Positions 29,859 through 41,046 are shown, counted from the stretch's first letter. The stretch: DNA of 64,000 nt from a candidate division FCPU426 bacterium (GCA_963830915.1 CAWHOE010000051.1:32001-96000), one strand, 5' to 3'. Numbers and translations: made by a program. Notes: generated by a model from the sequence alone, not told the origin.

Positions 29859-30601
29859 TCTGGGCTATACTTGTCGGTAATACCAGGGCAGTTGCCGCCT
29901 TGGTAACAGACACGAAGATCCTGCGGAAATACAACATCCCTACAGACCGATTAAAAACAAAGAGCGGCGCTCTGTCGTGGGCCCGGCAGTTGCGAAAGAG
30001 CTCGGGATGTAATGGTATCGTCATCGCGAGTGTTGTCCCTGCGGTGGACCCAAGGATTGACAGGGCCTTAGCCCGGACATTTGAAAGGGATCCTGTTTTT
30101 ATCGATAGTAGGAACGCGGGGATAGGGGTGAAGATCAACAAACCAACCCAAGCTGGCGCTGATCGATTGGCGAACGCTGTCGCGGCAAAGGAATTATATG
30201 GTTCGCCAAGCATAGTTGTGGATTTTGGGACAGCGACAACTTTCGATGTGGTGGACCGAAAAGGAAATTATCGTGGCGGGGCCATCCTGCCTGGGATCGG
30301 CATCTCATTAAAGGCTTTGTTTGAACATACGGCCAAGATACCTTTGGTCGATTTCAAGAAGGTCAACCGGGCGATTGGACATTCCACGGAAGAGGCTGTT
30401 CGTTCCGGCATTTATTTTGGAACGATAGGAACCACCCGAGAACTATTGACGCGGATCCGCAAAGAGATAGGAAGAAAAACTCCGGCGATCGCAACAGGCG
30501 GTTGGTGCGGTTGTTTTTTCGGGACAGCTCTATTTGATCAAATAGAACCGGATTTGACCTTGATCGGTTTAGGGATCATATGGCGGGACCACCATGCGTA
30601 A
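29855..30601 (+). CDS. coaX: type III pantothenate kinase
   Basis: VGNT, SVVP, GADRL, VVDFGTATTFD, GGAILPG, ATGG. Confidence 0.93.
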   Translation: MIWAILVGNTRAVAALVTDTKILRKYNIPTDRLKTKSGALSWARQLRKSSGCNGIVIASVVPAVDPRIDRALARTFERDPVFIDSRNAGIGVKINKPTQAGADRLANAVAAKELYGSPSIVVDFGTATTFDVVDRKGNYRGGAILPGIGISLKALFEHTAKIPLVDFKKVNRAIGHSTEEAVRSGIYFGTIGTTRELLTRIRKEIGRKTPAIATGGWCGCFFGTALFDQIEPDLTLIGLGIIWRDHHA

Positions 30602-32955
30602 TATCGAGGAGATCGCCGAGGAAGAGGAAGGTTTATCCAGAGAGATACTTCTTTCAAAGGTTCACCGAGCCCTATCGGTTTTTGGGTTTTTACTAGGCGC
30701 GTCGGGATGGTTCCTTTTTTCCCGGGGACAAATGGGGAAGGGCGCCGTATTGATCTTGATTTCCCTTGGCCTTTTCGCCGTCCATTGGGGGATGGGTCAG
30801 ATATTCTCGAAGGTGACTTGGGGTGCTTATCTCGCGGCCTCCCTGGTTTTCACAGGTTCGTTTTTTCTGTATTCTCAAACCCACACCCCATCATTTTTTT
30901 GGGGCAAAGATCCAGCCTTTTGGCTTTCAGTCCATGCGGGGTTGGTGGGAGAACCGCCTTGGTCGCCTTTGTCCACCCTTTTGGGACAGGGCGCTTGTTT
31001 CATATTTCCTAGATCCCAGTTCTATCTTTTGCCCGGTCTTTCCAGTTTGATCCTAGCCATTGCTATGTTTTTGGTCATGCTTGAATTGTTCCGCCAACTC
31101 AAAAGCAAAAATATTCTTCATGTAACGGTCGGGATTCTATTTTGCGCAGTGCTGGTTTTTGCTCGGTGGAATTGGGATGAAGCTACGATCGCCTCTGGAC
31201 TCATCGCGGCCCTGGGGCTGCTATTATTCTTGGCCCAAAGGGCGCTTCTTTCATTCGAAGAAAAACCCTGGAAATCGTTGTATCTATTATTGGGTTTGTT
31301 ATTCAGTGTTCATCCGCTCTGGGGAGTGTTGGGGCTGATGGCCCATTTTTCCCATTTGGACAATGATGGCAAAGGATGGAGGAACATACTTTTGCCCTTG
31401 GCCCTTGGTTTAACTCCTTATCTTTGGGTTTGTTTCAGGATGGACCAAGCGTTTGGTATCCTGGGGCGGATCACACCCTTTTTTAGAGATTATGAACTCA
31501 TGGAAAACACTTTGGGACTGGCATTTTCAAAAGGATTGGGATCCCTGGGACTCTTTGGGTTCGATAGGCGTAAACTTCTGGGTGCTATTCATCCTTTTTC
31601 TTTTTTTTGGTCTTTTGAATTTGGCCTTTTGGCGGACAGGCCCTAAAAAAATCATCTCACTTCCTGATACATGGGTCTGGTTAACCGCAGTGTTATTTGG
31701 CTTTACGTTCTATTCGACATCTTCCGAACAACCAGGACCCACTTCTTTATGGGCCACGGTTGGTTTAGCTTCCATGGTCCTCCGGTATGCCGAGAAAGGT
31801 ATGGAGAAAAAACCCGGGAATTGGTTTTCGGGTCGAAGGCTCGTGATCTTTTTAGTATTGTCCCTATTGACCGCGATCGGTCTGGCTTGGCTGCCTGGGC
31901 AACGGTATTTACGAAGTCATTTAGACCTTCCGGAACAACACGCCTTTAACCTTCTGCGAGCGCTAGATAATAGAACGGTAATGGTTTTTGAGGACGCATT
32001 CGAGGCTAACGCATGCCAGGAATCCATGTTATTGGAACCCATCCAACCCAAGGACTTCCTATTGGAACGGCGTTATTTGAACAAAAAATGGTACATCACT
32101 CAATGTATCCGAAAAGACCCCGAGCTTCTTTTTTCCCGGGTATCCGGGTCGCCCGATGAACTTTTCCAAGATCTTCTAATCAATAATTTGGATCGGTGGG
32201 ATATACAGTGGTGTATTTCTCAAATGCCGGCCAACTGGAAGGGCCCCTCGGCCTATTCGACGGTCCTGGGCCAAAAATTCGAACGAAACGACTTGGACTC
32301 CACGGGAATGGAGAACATCCAATTCCGCTATGACCTGTCAGCATTGACCCAAACCGAAATGGAGCCGGATGCTGGGTCTGTTTCCACTATCCAGCGTTAC
32401 TCGATAGGTTTTAATGAATTAGGAAAGGAATTATTGGCGCGGAATCATTACGCCAGCGCTATTAGGGCTTTTGAGCGGGCAGTTAATCTCAACGGTGGCT
32501 TTGATGAACCGAGAAAAACTTTGGCGCAGATCTATAGTCAACAAAACATCCTGGAGGCGGCCCGCCTGGAATTGGAAAAGACCGTAAAACAACATCCGAT
32601 CCAGATAGCCGGATTAATGCTTCAACTTGATAAGGCCAAAAGGGAAAAGGATGACTCCAGAACAGTTCAGCTGTTGGATGATATGATCCGTTTAAACAAT
32701 GAACTTTCCGACGCGCAATACCATCTTTCCTTGGTCTATGAGAAGGAAGGCCGTTTAGCCGAGTCGAAATCATTGCTCGAATCATCAGTTAAGCTAAATC
32801 CGCAAAGGGTGGAATCCCAGTTAACCTACGGTAGATTGATGGCGCGCATGGGAAATCGGATCAAAGCGGAAGAGGCTTTTCGGTCAGTGTTAGAAGTGGA
32901 TCCGGTCAATAAAGAAGCACAGGTAGAACTTTGGAAATTATTGAACCAGCCTTGA
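30594..32955 (+). pseudogene. degenerate DUF2723-like membrane protein + TPR, split by a +1 frameshift near 31452 (ORFs 30594-31646 and 31453-32955)
   Basis: First ORF is multi-TM with EPPWSPL; after PYLWVCFRMDQA the paralog-like SWG motif continues in the +1 frame; second ORF ends in TPRs. Confidence 0.6.
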
Positions 32956-32983
32956 GTTTCAAATTGAATTCAGGAGTACGGTT

Positions 32984-35152
32984 TTGAGGACAGAAGCTGC
33001 TCTGAAAACGGTATATATTCTGTTCTTCATATTTTTTTGGGGTTTCTTACTCTCCGCCCAAAACCCGGGATTGATGTCAGATGATGGCGGTGAGATGATC
33101 GCCGCCTCTTACAATCTTGGAATATGTCATCCTCCCGGATATCCCTTGTTCAGTTTGATAGGCCGTTTATTTTCCTATTTACCCATTGGATCGATGGCTT
33201 TTCGTTTCAACCTGATGTCCGCTCTTTTCACTTTTCTTTCAATGGCGATCCTTTTTTCAGCTTGTCTTCGACTGCGAAAGATAAGTGAACCGGCGATTGG
33301 AAACCAAGAGCGAATTGCCGCTTGGGCACTATCTTTTGCCGCCGTTGCGACCCTGTTTTCCTGTAGGAGCGTTTTCGCTCAAAGCATGACGGCTAAGGGA
33401 TGCGTATACACATTGACTTTATTATTTCTGGCGGTCATGGTATGGATGCGGATCCAGTGTTTGGGAATGGGGATGGGTTGGAAACAAGCTTTAGTTCCTA
33501 CCTTCCTTTGGTCCATTGGAATGGGTAATCACTGGCAAACCCTTGTGCTCTGGGCCCCTTTTTTTGGAATTTGGTTTTTACACGAAAAAACGAAATGGGA
33601 TATCAAGCAAATTATCGTTGGCGTTACGGTAATTTTGTTAGGACTTTCCATTTATCTTTACTTGCCTCTTAGGGCCCATTTGAATTGCCTGCCCTCTTGG
33701 GGAGATCCAACGAACGTCTCGGGTTTTTTTTGGTGTCTTTCTCGAAAACCCTTTGCCGGATTAGAACCTCTTTTCCGGAATTGGTATTTCTATAAAGAGT
33801 TTGCCGAACAATATTTCCGACTAGCGGTGTTTTATTGGGTCCCGGGCTTTTTCTTTTTTGTGATATTGGGCGGTTATTATCTTTGGCGAATATCACAGCA
33901 GTTATTCATTTCTTTAGCTTTTTTGTATGTCCCGATCGTTTTAGGCATACTTACTGTTCCTAGGGAAGAAACTTTATTTTTGATCAACGTTTATTTGGTA
34001 TCACCGGGATTCATTTGGGCTTTATTAGGTTTTCTTGGATTCTTTTTTATTTATCGGTTGCTGCGAAATAAGGGAAAGCCGATCGTAGTATTGTTCTTCA
34101 CCATCGTTCTTATGGATTTGTTTTTGTGGATGTTTAATATGAAGCCGTTGGAGGATCGAAGTAGGTATTTACTGGCGAATGATTTTGGGATCAATGTGTT
34201 AAAAAGCATTCCGAAGAACTCTGTGTTTTTAGCGGAAGGTGATCATTATGTCATGCCGATCTTATATGCAAGATTCGCTCAGGGATTGCGTAAAGACATA
34301 GTTTTCTGTCCGTCGATATTTCTTTTCCATGGTTGGGGTTGGAAACAATTAGGACAGCAGGATGATAAGATTGGGGCGGCTATTAACGGCGAAATAACGT
34401 TCACCGGTAAATTAAAAACTCTTCTTTCTGAAAGGACCCACCGGGCATTCCTATATTCACTCGATAAGGAGTATTTAAACGATAAATTGGGTGAGCTGCC
34501 GTGCGCTTGGGCCCCCAATGGTTTAGAATTCCGGGAATGGAATAAACCCCCAGGGATACAAGAGGTTTACTCGGGAACACTACGCTCTAGTTGTTTAGAA
34601 CGTTTCAGAGGTTTCGGGGAAAAATGGCCTCAGGTTGATGAATCAACCTATCAGATTTATCGATATTACTATGATCAGTTTAATCAAGCTGGTCATTGGT
34701 TGTTCGTGAATGGAGCGGATGCCAAGGCATTATATTTCCTGGGGAAAGGATTGAATATTTCAAATCCTTCCGCCTTGAATGATTTAGCCGTTTTGTTTGG
34801 AAAAGAAGCTTATTACAAATTGGCTAGAAGGTTCTGTGTTTTAGCCATGGAAAATGATCCTAAATACCTCCCGAGTTACATCAACTTGGCTGAATGCTAC
34901 AAGCGTGAAGGGAATTATCCTGACGCGATCGATTTCTATGAGAAGGCCATAGAACTGAAGCCGGATGACAGGAGCCTTATCGAGCGGTTGAAGGAAACCC
35001 AGGAACAAATTAAGAAAGGACTGCAACCTTTACCAGGTCTTAAAACAGCTCAGGACTATAGGATTTTGGAAGACAGTTTTAAGAAGATGGGTTTGGAGAT
35101 GCTATCCAGTATGGCGACTCAATGTTTCTGGGATGCAAAGAAGGGTGGGTAA
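32984..35152 (+). CDS. DUF2723 (TMEM260-like) glycosyltransferase with C-terminal TPR
   Basis: DDGGEMIAAS..LGICHPPGYPLF, GNHW, YLYLPLRA, WGDP, EGDH; TPR at the C-terminus. Confidence 0.85.
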   Translation: MRTEAALKTVYILFFIFFWGFLLSAQNPGLMSDDGGEMIAASYNLGICHPPGYPLFSLIGRLFSYLPIGSMAFRFNLMSALFTFLSMAILFSACLRLRKISEPAIGNQERIAAWALSFAAVATLFSCRSVFAQSMTAKGCVYTLTLLFLAVMVWMRIQCLGMGMGWKQALVPTFLWSIGMGNHWQTLVLWAPFFGIWFLHEKTKWDIKQIIVGVTVILLGLSIYLYLPLRAHLNCLPSWGDPTNVSGFFWCLSRKPFAGLEPLFRNWYFYKEFAEQYFRLAVFYWVPGFFFFVILGGYYLWRISQQLFISLAFLYVPIVLGILTVPREETLFLINVYLVSPGFIWALLGFLGFFFIYRLLRNKGKPIVVLFFTIVLMDLFLWMFNMKPLEDRSRYLLANDFGINVLKSIPKNSVFLAEGDHYVMPILYARFAQGLRKDIVFCPSIFLFHGWGWKQLGQQDDKIGAAINGEITFTGKLKTLLSERTHRAFLYSLDKEYLNDKLGELPCAWAPNGLEFREWNKPPGIQEVYSGTLRSSCLERFRGFGEKWPQVDESTYQIYRYYYDQFNQAGHWLFVNGADAKALYFLGKGLNISNPSALNDLAVLFGKEAYYKLARRFCVLAMENDPKYLPSYINLAECYKREGNYPDAIDFYEKAIELKPDDRSLIERLKETQEQIKKGLQPLPGLKTAQDYRILEDSFKKMGLEMLSSMATQCFWDAKKGG

Positions 35153-35186
35153 AAGCTTAAAATACTGGGTTTTATTGTGTCCCTAT

Positions 35187-35195
35187 TGATATAAT
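35187..35195 (+). promoter_or_regulatory. extended -10 promoter upstream of the pilT-TPR/chemosensory cluster
   Basis: TGATATAAT about 45 nt before ATG 35240. Confidence 0.45.
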
Positions 35196-35239
35196 AACTA
35201 CGTTTTCAACGACACCTTCGAACACAATTGGGAGTTTTA

Positions 35240-37543
35240 ATGGATCTTCAAGCGATACTTTTATCCATGGTCGAGAAAAAGGCCTCGGATGTGCATATGA
35301 AGGCTGGCGCACCCCCTCTTTTTCGAATAGATGGAGATCTTATCCCGCAAAGTGAAGTGGCATTGACCCCCCAGGAATTGGCTGAAGTTGCTACCTACTT
35401 GATGGATGAAAAACAACAAAAAATATTTTTCGAGGACCGCCGAGAAGTGGATTTGGCCTATGCGGTCGAAGGGTTGGCCCGATTCAGGACTAATGCCATG
35501 TGGCAAAGAGGATTGCCCGAAATCATCATGAGGGTCATTCCACAGGTCATCCCCCGCATTGAGGATATCAATATGCCCACGGCGGTACTCAAACAGATCG
35601 CCATGGAACAAAGGGGCCTGATCCTGGTCACGGGCATCACCGGTTCGGGTAAATCAACGACCTTGGCGGCTTTGATCAATGAGATGAATCTGAATCGAGC
35701 CGCCCATATCGTGACAGTCGAAGATCCAATTGAATTTGTGCACCAAGATAAAAAATCAAGCGTGACCCAACGTGAAGTGGGGCTTGATACGGAAAGTTTC
35801 AAATCAGCGTTAAAGTATGTTTTGCGACAAGATCCCGATATCATTCTGATCGGCGAGATGCGTGACGTGGAAACGGTTCAAGCCGCCATTACTTCGGCTG
35901 AAACCGGCCATTTGGTATTATCAACCCTTCACACAATGGACACGATACAGACGATCGAACGTATCCTTGATTTTTTCCAACCGGATCAACAGAATCAAAT
36001 TCGGATACAGCTATCAAACACGATAAGAGCGGTCATTTCCCAAAGGCTGGTAAGCAAGGCGGATGGGGCGGGGGTTGTTCCAGCTTGCGAGATCATGATC
36101 GCGACACCGACCATTAAATCCTTGATCGCTGATAACAAAATCAGTTCCATCCGCAGTTTTATAGCGGAAGGTCATAGCCAATATGGGATGCAAACTTTCG
36201 ATCAATCTTTGATCGGACTAGTGAGGAAGAATCTAATTACCCGGGAAAGCGCATTGGAACAGGCTACGTCCCCGAGCGAAATAGACTTGGGTTTAAAAGG
36301 GATTTCCTCATCCAAGGCTTCCGCCCAATCATTGATCTCGCAAATGGAGACCAACCAGCAAAAAGAACGGGTGGGAGCCTGGTATAAACGTGCCCAGGAA
36401 CTTTTCGATAAACGCCGTTATGACGAGGCTAAAAGCGAGCTGAAACGGGTCCTTCAAGAGATGCCAGAAAACAAAGAAGGCAATACATTAATGGCCAAGA
36501 TAAGGGAAATGGAGAGTCAGACGGAAAAAAAGAAGGATGTTTCCTCCATTATAAAAACAGCATTGGCGCTTTATCGCGAGAAGAAACACCAAGGGGCCAT
36601 CCTTGAATTCCAAAAGGCTTTAGAAATCGATCCGGGGAATAAGCAGGCTGAAGGATACATCCGGTCTATCCAAATTGAACTGGAGAATAGGGAAAAGGCC
36701 CGAGAATTCTATCAAGCTGCCATGCAAAGTCAGCAACAGAATGATTTTACCGGGGCGATTGGACAAATCGACCAAGCGTTGATTTTGGACCCGGAGAATG
36801 AACAAGCGACAGTCCTGCAAAGAAACCTAAAAGCGGCTTATCAAAAGGAATTGGCAAAGGCAAAAGCTGCCGAATTCAATCAAACCGCAATTGAACTTTA
36901 CAAAGCGGGGGATCTTTTAGGCGCTTTGGTGGCATGGAACAAAGCCAATGAGCTTCATCCCGATACCGAGGAGATCAATCGATATCTTCAACAAGGGATC
37001 GCTAAACTTCTTTCATTTGGTGTTGAAGGAACCGATTCTAATCCTGAAAAGGAAAACATATTGGCTCTATTTGAACAAGGAGTCCGTTCTTATGTTCGCA
37101 GCGATTTCCAAACTGCGATTGAGTTTTTCAAAAAGGCATTGGGCAAGGCGGAAGAAAATTCTTATTTAAATGCCTATCTGCAAAAATCCTCTCAAATGTT
37201 AGAACAACAGATCGCTGAGTTCTACCAGGATGGATGGAAAGCCCAACAGGCGGGTGAATTGTTATCGGCGCAAAAAGAATATACAAAAGTCCTTAGACTT
37301 TCGCCGGGACACCCGGAGGTGGTTAAACAACTCGCGGAACTTAAAACAAAAATCCAGCAGGAAACCGAAAAATTCTACAACGAGGGGAAGCAGTATTTTG
37401 ATCAAAATGACATGGACCAAGCTATTCGGATATGGAATAAAATCCTGGAAATCGAGCCGACCAATGACCGGGCCATAAAAAAAATTGAGGAAGCAAAGAT
37501 CAAAAAAAGTACCTTGAGCGGAATTTTTTCAAAGATCAATTGA
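35240..37543 (+). CDS. PilT/PilU-family type IV pilus ATPase fused to a long C-terminal TPR region
   Basis: ASDVHMKAG, GITGSGKSTT, EDPIEF, LRQDPDIILIGEMRD, AETGHLVLSTLH, GMQTFDQSL; then ~400 aa TPR-like. Confidence 0.9.
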   Translation: MDLQAILLSMVEKKASDVHMKAGAPPLFRIDGDLIPQSEVALTPQELAEVATYLMDEKQQKIFFEDRREVDLAYAVEGLARFRTNAMWQRGLPEIIMRVIPQVIPRIEDINMPTAVLKQIAMEQRGLILVTGITGSGKSTTLAALINEMNLNRAAHIVTVEDPIEFVHQDKKSSVTQREVGLDTESFKSALKYVLRQDPDIILIGEMRDVETVQAAITSAETGHLVLSTLHTMDTIQTIERILDFFQPDQQNQIRIQLSNTIRAVISQRLVSKADGAGVVPACEIMIATPTIKSLIADNKISSIRSFIAEGHSQYGMQTFDQSLIGLVRKNLITRESALEQATSPSEIDLGLKGISSSKASAQSLISQMETNQQKERVGAWYKRAQELFDKRRYDEAKSELKRVLQEMPENKEGNTLMAKIREMESQTEKKKDVSSIIKTALALYREKKHQGAILEFQKALEIDPGNKQAEGYIRSIQIELENREKAREFYQAAMQSQQQNDFTGAIGQIDQALILDPENEQATVLQRNLKAAYQKELAKAKAAEFNQTAIELYKAGDLLGALVAWNKANELHPDTEEINRYLQQGIAKLLSFGVEGTDSNPEKENILALFEQGVRSYVRSDFQTAIEFFKKALGKAEENSYLNAYLQKSSQMLEQQIAEFYQDGWKAQQAGELLSAQKEYTKVLRLSPGHPEVVKQLAELKTKIQQETEKFYNEGKQYFDQNDMDQAIRIWNKILEIEPTNDRAIKKIEEAKIKKSTLSGIFSKIN

Positions 37544-37576
37544 GAATTTAAAACGTTGTTTCAGTTCAAAGGATGA

Positions 37577-37981
37577 ATGAAAATGAATAAACTTATCATC
37601 ACGGCGGTCGTGATTATCGGGATCTTTTATGTGGCGTTGAATTCCTCGATTTTGGCTGAGCAAGCTCAAAAGTGGGTCAAGGAAAATCCCAAAGACCCTC
37701 ATGCGCCGCTTGTCCTTTATGATGCTGCAAGATGGTGCGATATTCTTGGGGATAACAAAAAAGCCATGGAGGTCTATGGGCAAATTTATCAGGATTATCC
37801 GGATAAATCCGACCTGGCCGCCGCTTCCCTCTATTATTCCGCTCAAGTGTTGGTGGATACAACCTCGGCGAGGCATCAAGCGGATCCTTATATCGACATT
37901 ATCTTGAGCCAATATCCAAATGAACAAGAGTGGGTTATTAAGGCAAAAAACTTGAGAGATGAGGTGAATTATGCTCGTTGA
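37577..37981 (+). CDS. membrane-anchored TPR-like protein
   Basis: N-terminal hydrophobic helix; YP.S..A..SLY TPR-like helices. Confidence 0.65.
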   Translation: MKMNKLIITAVVIIGIFYVALNSSILAEQAQKWVKENPKDPHAPLVLYDAARWCDILGDNKKAMEVYGQIYQDYPDKSDLAAASLYYSAQVLVDTTSARHQADPYIDIILSQYPNEQEWVIKAKNLRDEVNYAR

Positions 37982-38978
37982 TCGTCCTTCTTGGGCTGTG
38001 GTATTAATCTCTGCCATTCTTTTGGTCCAGATAGGAGGCCTAAAGGCTCAGGGGAAAACCTTGGAAATTGATGTGGAGGATGAGGGTCAATCTGTAACTC
38101 CAACAATAGAAAATGATAAGCCTTTGCCAACGGCAATTGTGGTTTTAACACCGGGTATAACTACAGGGCCTTTGCAACCGACTCCGACCGTTCAGAGTCA
38201 ACCAACTGTTCACCAGGAGTCGGTGACCGAACCGGAACAACAAACCATTAAAGATTCAAAAAACATTTCTGCCAGCATAAGAACAAGGGCAAGCGATCAA
38301 ATCACCTTCTACTATTTTTTAAGGGCAGGTTATGTAGTGGATAGTAATGACCGTATCCCAGTTGTTGGTAAAGTGAGTGAAACATACGATGCTCAATCGA
38401 TAATAAGCACAGGCCAAAAGATATATGCTGAGATCGGTCAAAAAAAAGGGGTTAAAGTCGGTGATCTTTTAATCCCTTATCGGCTCATGGTCAACAACCT
38501 TAAGGAACCTCATAGTGGTTTTTCAGGTGATTGGGTTAAGAACCTTGGTATTGTCAAGGTTTTGGAAGTTCAACGAAAATATTGTTTGGTTGAATCGATA
38601 AAATCCTTTGAGCCGTTCCAAAAGGGAGATAGTTTACGAATTTATAACGATGAGATCAAAAGATGGAAACAAGCCCAAACGAAAAAAATACTCCCACAGC
38701 ATGAGATCCATTGTTATGTGGCTGGCGGGGAATCAGGAAGAACCCAATACGCTCAATATGATTTCATTGTGCTGACCGCTGGGTCCAAAAAAGGGGTAGT
38801 TGAAGGACAAACCTTTGAAATTAGAAAAGCAGGGGCTCGCGGTGTATTTGATGAAACGATTCATGCATTAAAAGGAAAAGCACAGGTTTTTTATGTTGGT
38901 CCGAGTTATTCGATGGCACAAATTGTTTCTAGTGTCGAGCCTATCGAACAAGGGTTCGAAGCCAGTTACCGGCCATAA
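37971..38978 (+). CDS. secreted protein with two TsaP/FlgT-C-terminal-like domains (no LysM)
   Basis: Signal, Pro/Thr linker, duplicated G.KKGV..G...G...V.....S...I.....PI..G pattern. Confidence 0.55.
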   Translation: MLVDRPSWAVVLISAILLVQIGGLKAQGKTLEIDVEDEGQSVTPTIENDKPLPTAIVVLTPGITTGPLQPTPTVQSQPTVHQESVTEPEQQTIKDSKNISASIRTRASDQITFYYFLRAGYVVDSNDRIPVVGKVSETYDAQSIISTGQKIYAEIGQKKGVKVGDLLIPYRLMVNNLKEPHSGFSGDWVKNLGIVKVLEVQRKYCLVESIKSFEPFQKGDSLRIYNDEIKRWKQAQTKKILPQHEIHCYVAGGESGRTQYAQYDFIVLTAGSKKGVVEGQTFEIRKAGARGVFDETIHALKGKAQVFYVGPSYSMAQIVSSVEPIEQGFEASYRP

Positions 38979-39009
38979 AGGGTTGGACGGCCCTGGTAAG
39001 GAATTGCGG

Positions 39010-39861
39010 ATGCAAGCGCCGATCGATCAGGACCCGAATTTTAAAAAAATACTAGAAATGATTTTGACGGACAAAGGATTTGATGGGAGCCACTATAAAA
39101 TAAATTATATCAAGAGGAGGATAGCTGTGAGGATGAGGGCGACTGGGGCGCCTAATTATCATGAGTATTACAAAATATTAAAATCCGATCCTCACGAATT
39201 GTCCTTCCTTTTCGACCGGTTAACTATTCATGTAACTGAATTTTTCAGAGACCCTGAGGTGTACCGAGCCATTCAAGGGACAAACATTGCGAATGTTACC
39301 AATGACAGATTACAACAAATAAAGGTATGGTGTGCTGGATGCAGTACTGGAGAAGAACCATATTCAGTGGCTATGTTGTTGAAGGAAAAAGCGGTTGATA
39401 ACCCGTGTATGGAATTTCAGATCTATGCGACAGATATTGATCCAATCAGTATTAAAACTGCTGCCCAAGGCATTTATCCATTGGAAGCCCTTCGTAAACT
39501 AACGAAAACCCAAATTGCGAGATGGTTTTTTATACGCGGGGAGAAGGTCAGGATCGTTGAAGAGTTAAGACGTTTTGTTTTTTTTCGCCCTCATGATTTA
39601 TTGGGCCATTGGAGCCCTGAATTATCCGGGTTCCACATGATTTTTTGCAGAAATCTATTGATCTATTTGACGTCGACCCAGCAGCAAAAACTTTACGAAC
39701 GGTTTTATTATGCGCTTAAACCGGGGGGGTACTTGGTACTCGGTTTATCTGAAACCCTTTTGGGGACCGCAAGGAAATATTATCGCTGTGTGGATGTGAA
39801 AAATAGGATCTACCAAGCAAATTTGATCGATGACCCTGAAGGTACATCTCCGAAAGGTTAA
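39010..39861 (+). CDS. cheR: chemotaxis methyltransferase
   Basis: TIHVTEFFRD, WCAGCSTGEEPYS, ATDID, IFCRNLLIY, LKPGGYLVLG. Confidence 0.95.
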   Translation: MQAPIDQDPNFKKILEMILTDKGFDGSHYKINYIKRRIAVRMRATGAPNYHEYYKILKSDPHELSFLFDRLTIHVTEFFRDPEVYRAIQGTNIANVTNDRLQQIKVWCAGCSTGEEPYSVAMLLKEKAVDNPCMEFQIYATDIDPISIKTAAQGIYPLEALRKLTKTQIARWFFIRGEKVRIVEELRRFVFFRPHDLLGHWSPELSGFHMIFCRNLLIYLTSTQQQKLYERFYYALKPGGYLVLGLSETLLGTARKYYRCVDVKNRIYQANLIDDPEGTSPKG

Positions 39862-39864
39862 ACC

Positions 39865-41046
39865 GTGGATAAAGCACAGGATCATATCAACCTGGGGACA
39901 GCGTTTACTCTTTCTAAACGTTATGAAGATGCCATTGTTGAATTCAAGCGCGCACTGGAACTTAGCCCGGCTGACAGCGAGATTCTTTTCCAATTAGGCG
40001 GACTTTGCACGAACGTGGGTAATTATCCAGAAGCTGAGAATTATTACCATCAATCCCTTGAATTGAACTCAATGAACTTAAACGCGCATTGTAAGTTAGG
40101 TTTGTTATTGGAAGTTCAAGGTAAATATTCCAGTTCGGTTGTTGAATTCCAAAAGGCCATTGAACTCAACCCGGGGGACGCGGGTTTATATAATAATTTG
40201 GGAAATGTTTTCTCAAAAATGGGTAAATATCAGGAATCCATTGAGCAATATAAGAAATACATCGATATAAACTCCAGTAATGCAGAAATATATTTTAAAG
40301 TCGGGAACGCATACGAACAATTGGGATTATTGGATGAAGCGATAATTTCTTACACTCAAGCATTGGCTATCAACCCGCGGCACGCGGCTGTTTACGCGAT
40401 TTTGGGAAACGCTTATTCAAAAAGAGGGAAATATCAGGAGGCAATCGACCAATATCAACAAGCCCTCAAGTTGAATCCTCATGAACCGGAGGTGCATTTG
40501 AAGATGGGTCAATCTTATATGTCGATGGGACAATACGATAAAGCGCTTGTGGTCCTAGAACAAGCTAGACTACGTAATCCCCACAACGCAGAGGTGTACC
40601 TCAAGATGGGTATGATCCATGCTGGGCGTGGTCAGCATGAAGAAGCGATCCAAATGTACCGAAAGGTCATGGAAATCAATCCGCACGACGCGAGTGTTCA
40701 TAATGTTCTTGGTTATATATATGATAAACAAGGTGAGGCGGATAAGGCGATGGAGGAATATCGAGCCGCAAAACAGTTGAATCCCAATGATGTTTTAATC
40801 TTGGACAACCTTGGGAATCTTTATTACAAGCAAGGCCGTTTTGAGGAAGCCATAGGGGAATTAGAAAAGTTAACCACTTTAAATTCTTCTCACGCTGATG
40901 CTCATTCTAAATTAGGTAACATATATCTGAAAAAAGGTGAAAAGGAAAAAGCATTGGTCCATTGGGAAAAAGCCTTAAGTCTTGACCCTTCCAATGAGAT
41001 ACTTAAAAATAACCTTAAAATCATTCGTGGAGTTTCGCCACTATGA
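39865..41046 (+). CDS. all-TPR protein (~11 repeats)
   Basis: Consecutive 34-aa repeats, e.g. LYNNLGNVFSKMGKYQESIEQYKK. Confidence 0.9.
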   Translation: MDKAQDHINLGTAFTLSKRYEDAIVEFKRALELSPADSEILFQLGGLCTNVGNYPEAENYYHQSLELNSMNLNAHCKLGLLLEVQGKYSSSVVEFQKAIELNPGDAGLYNNLGNVFSKMGKYQESIEQYKKYIDINSSNAEIYFKVGNAYEQLGLLDEAIISYTQALAINPRHAAVYAILGNAYSKRGKYQEAIDQYQQALKLNPHEPEVHLKMGQSYMSMGQYDKALVVLEQARLRNPHNAEVYLKMGMIHAGRGQHEEAIQMYRKVMEINPHDASVHNVLGYIYDKQGEADKAMEEYRAAKQLNPNDVLILDNLGNLYYKQGRFEEAIGELEKLTTLNSSHADAHSKLGNIYLKKGEKEKALVHWEKALSLDPSNEILKNNLKIIRGVSPL

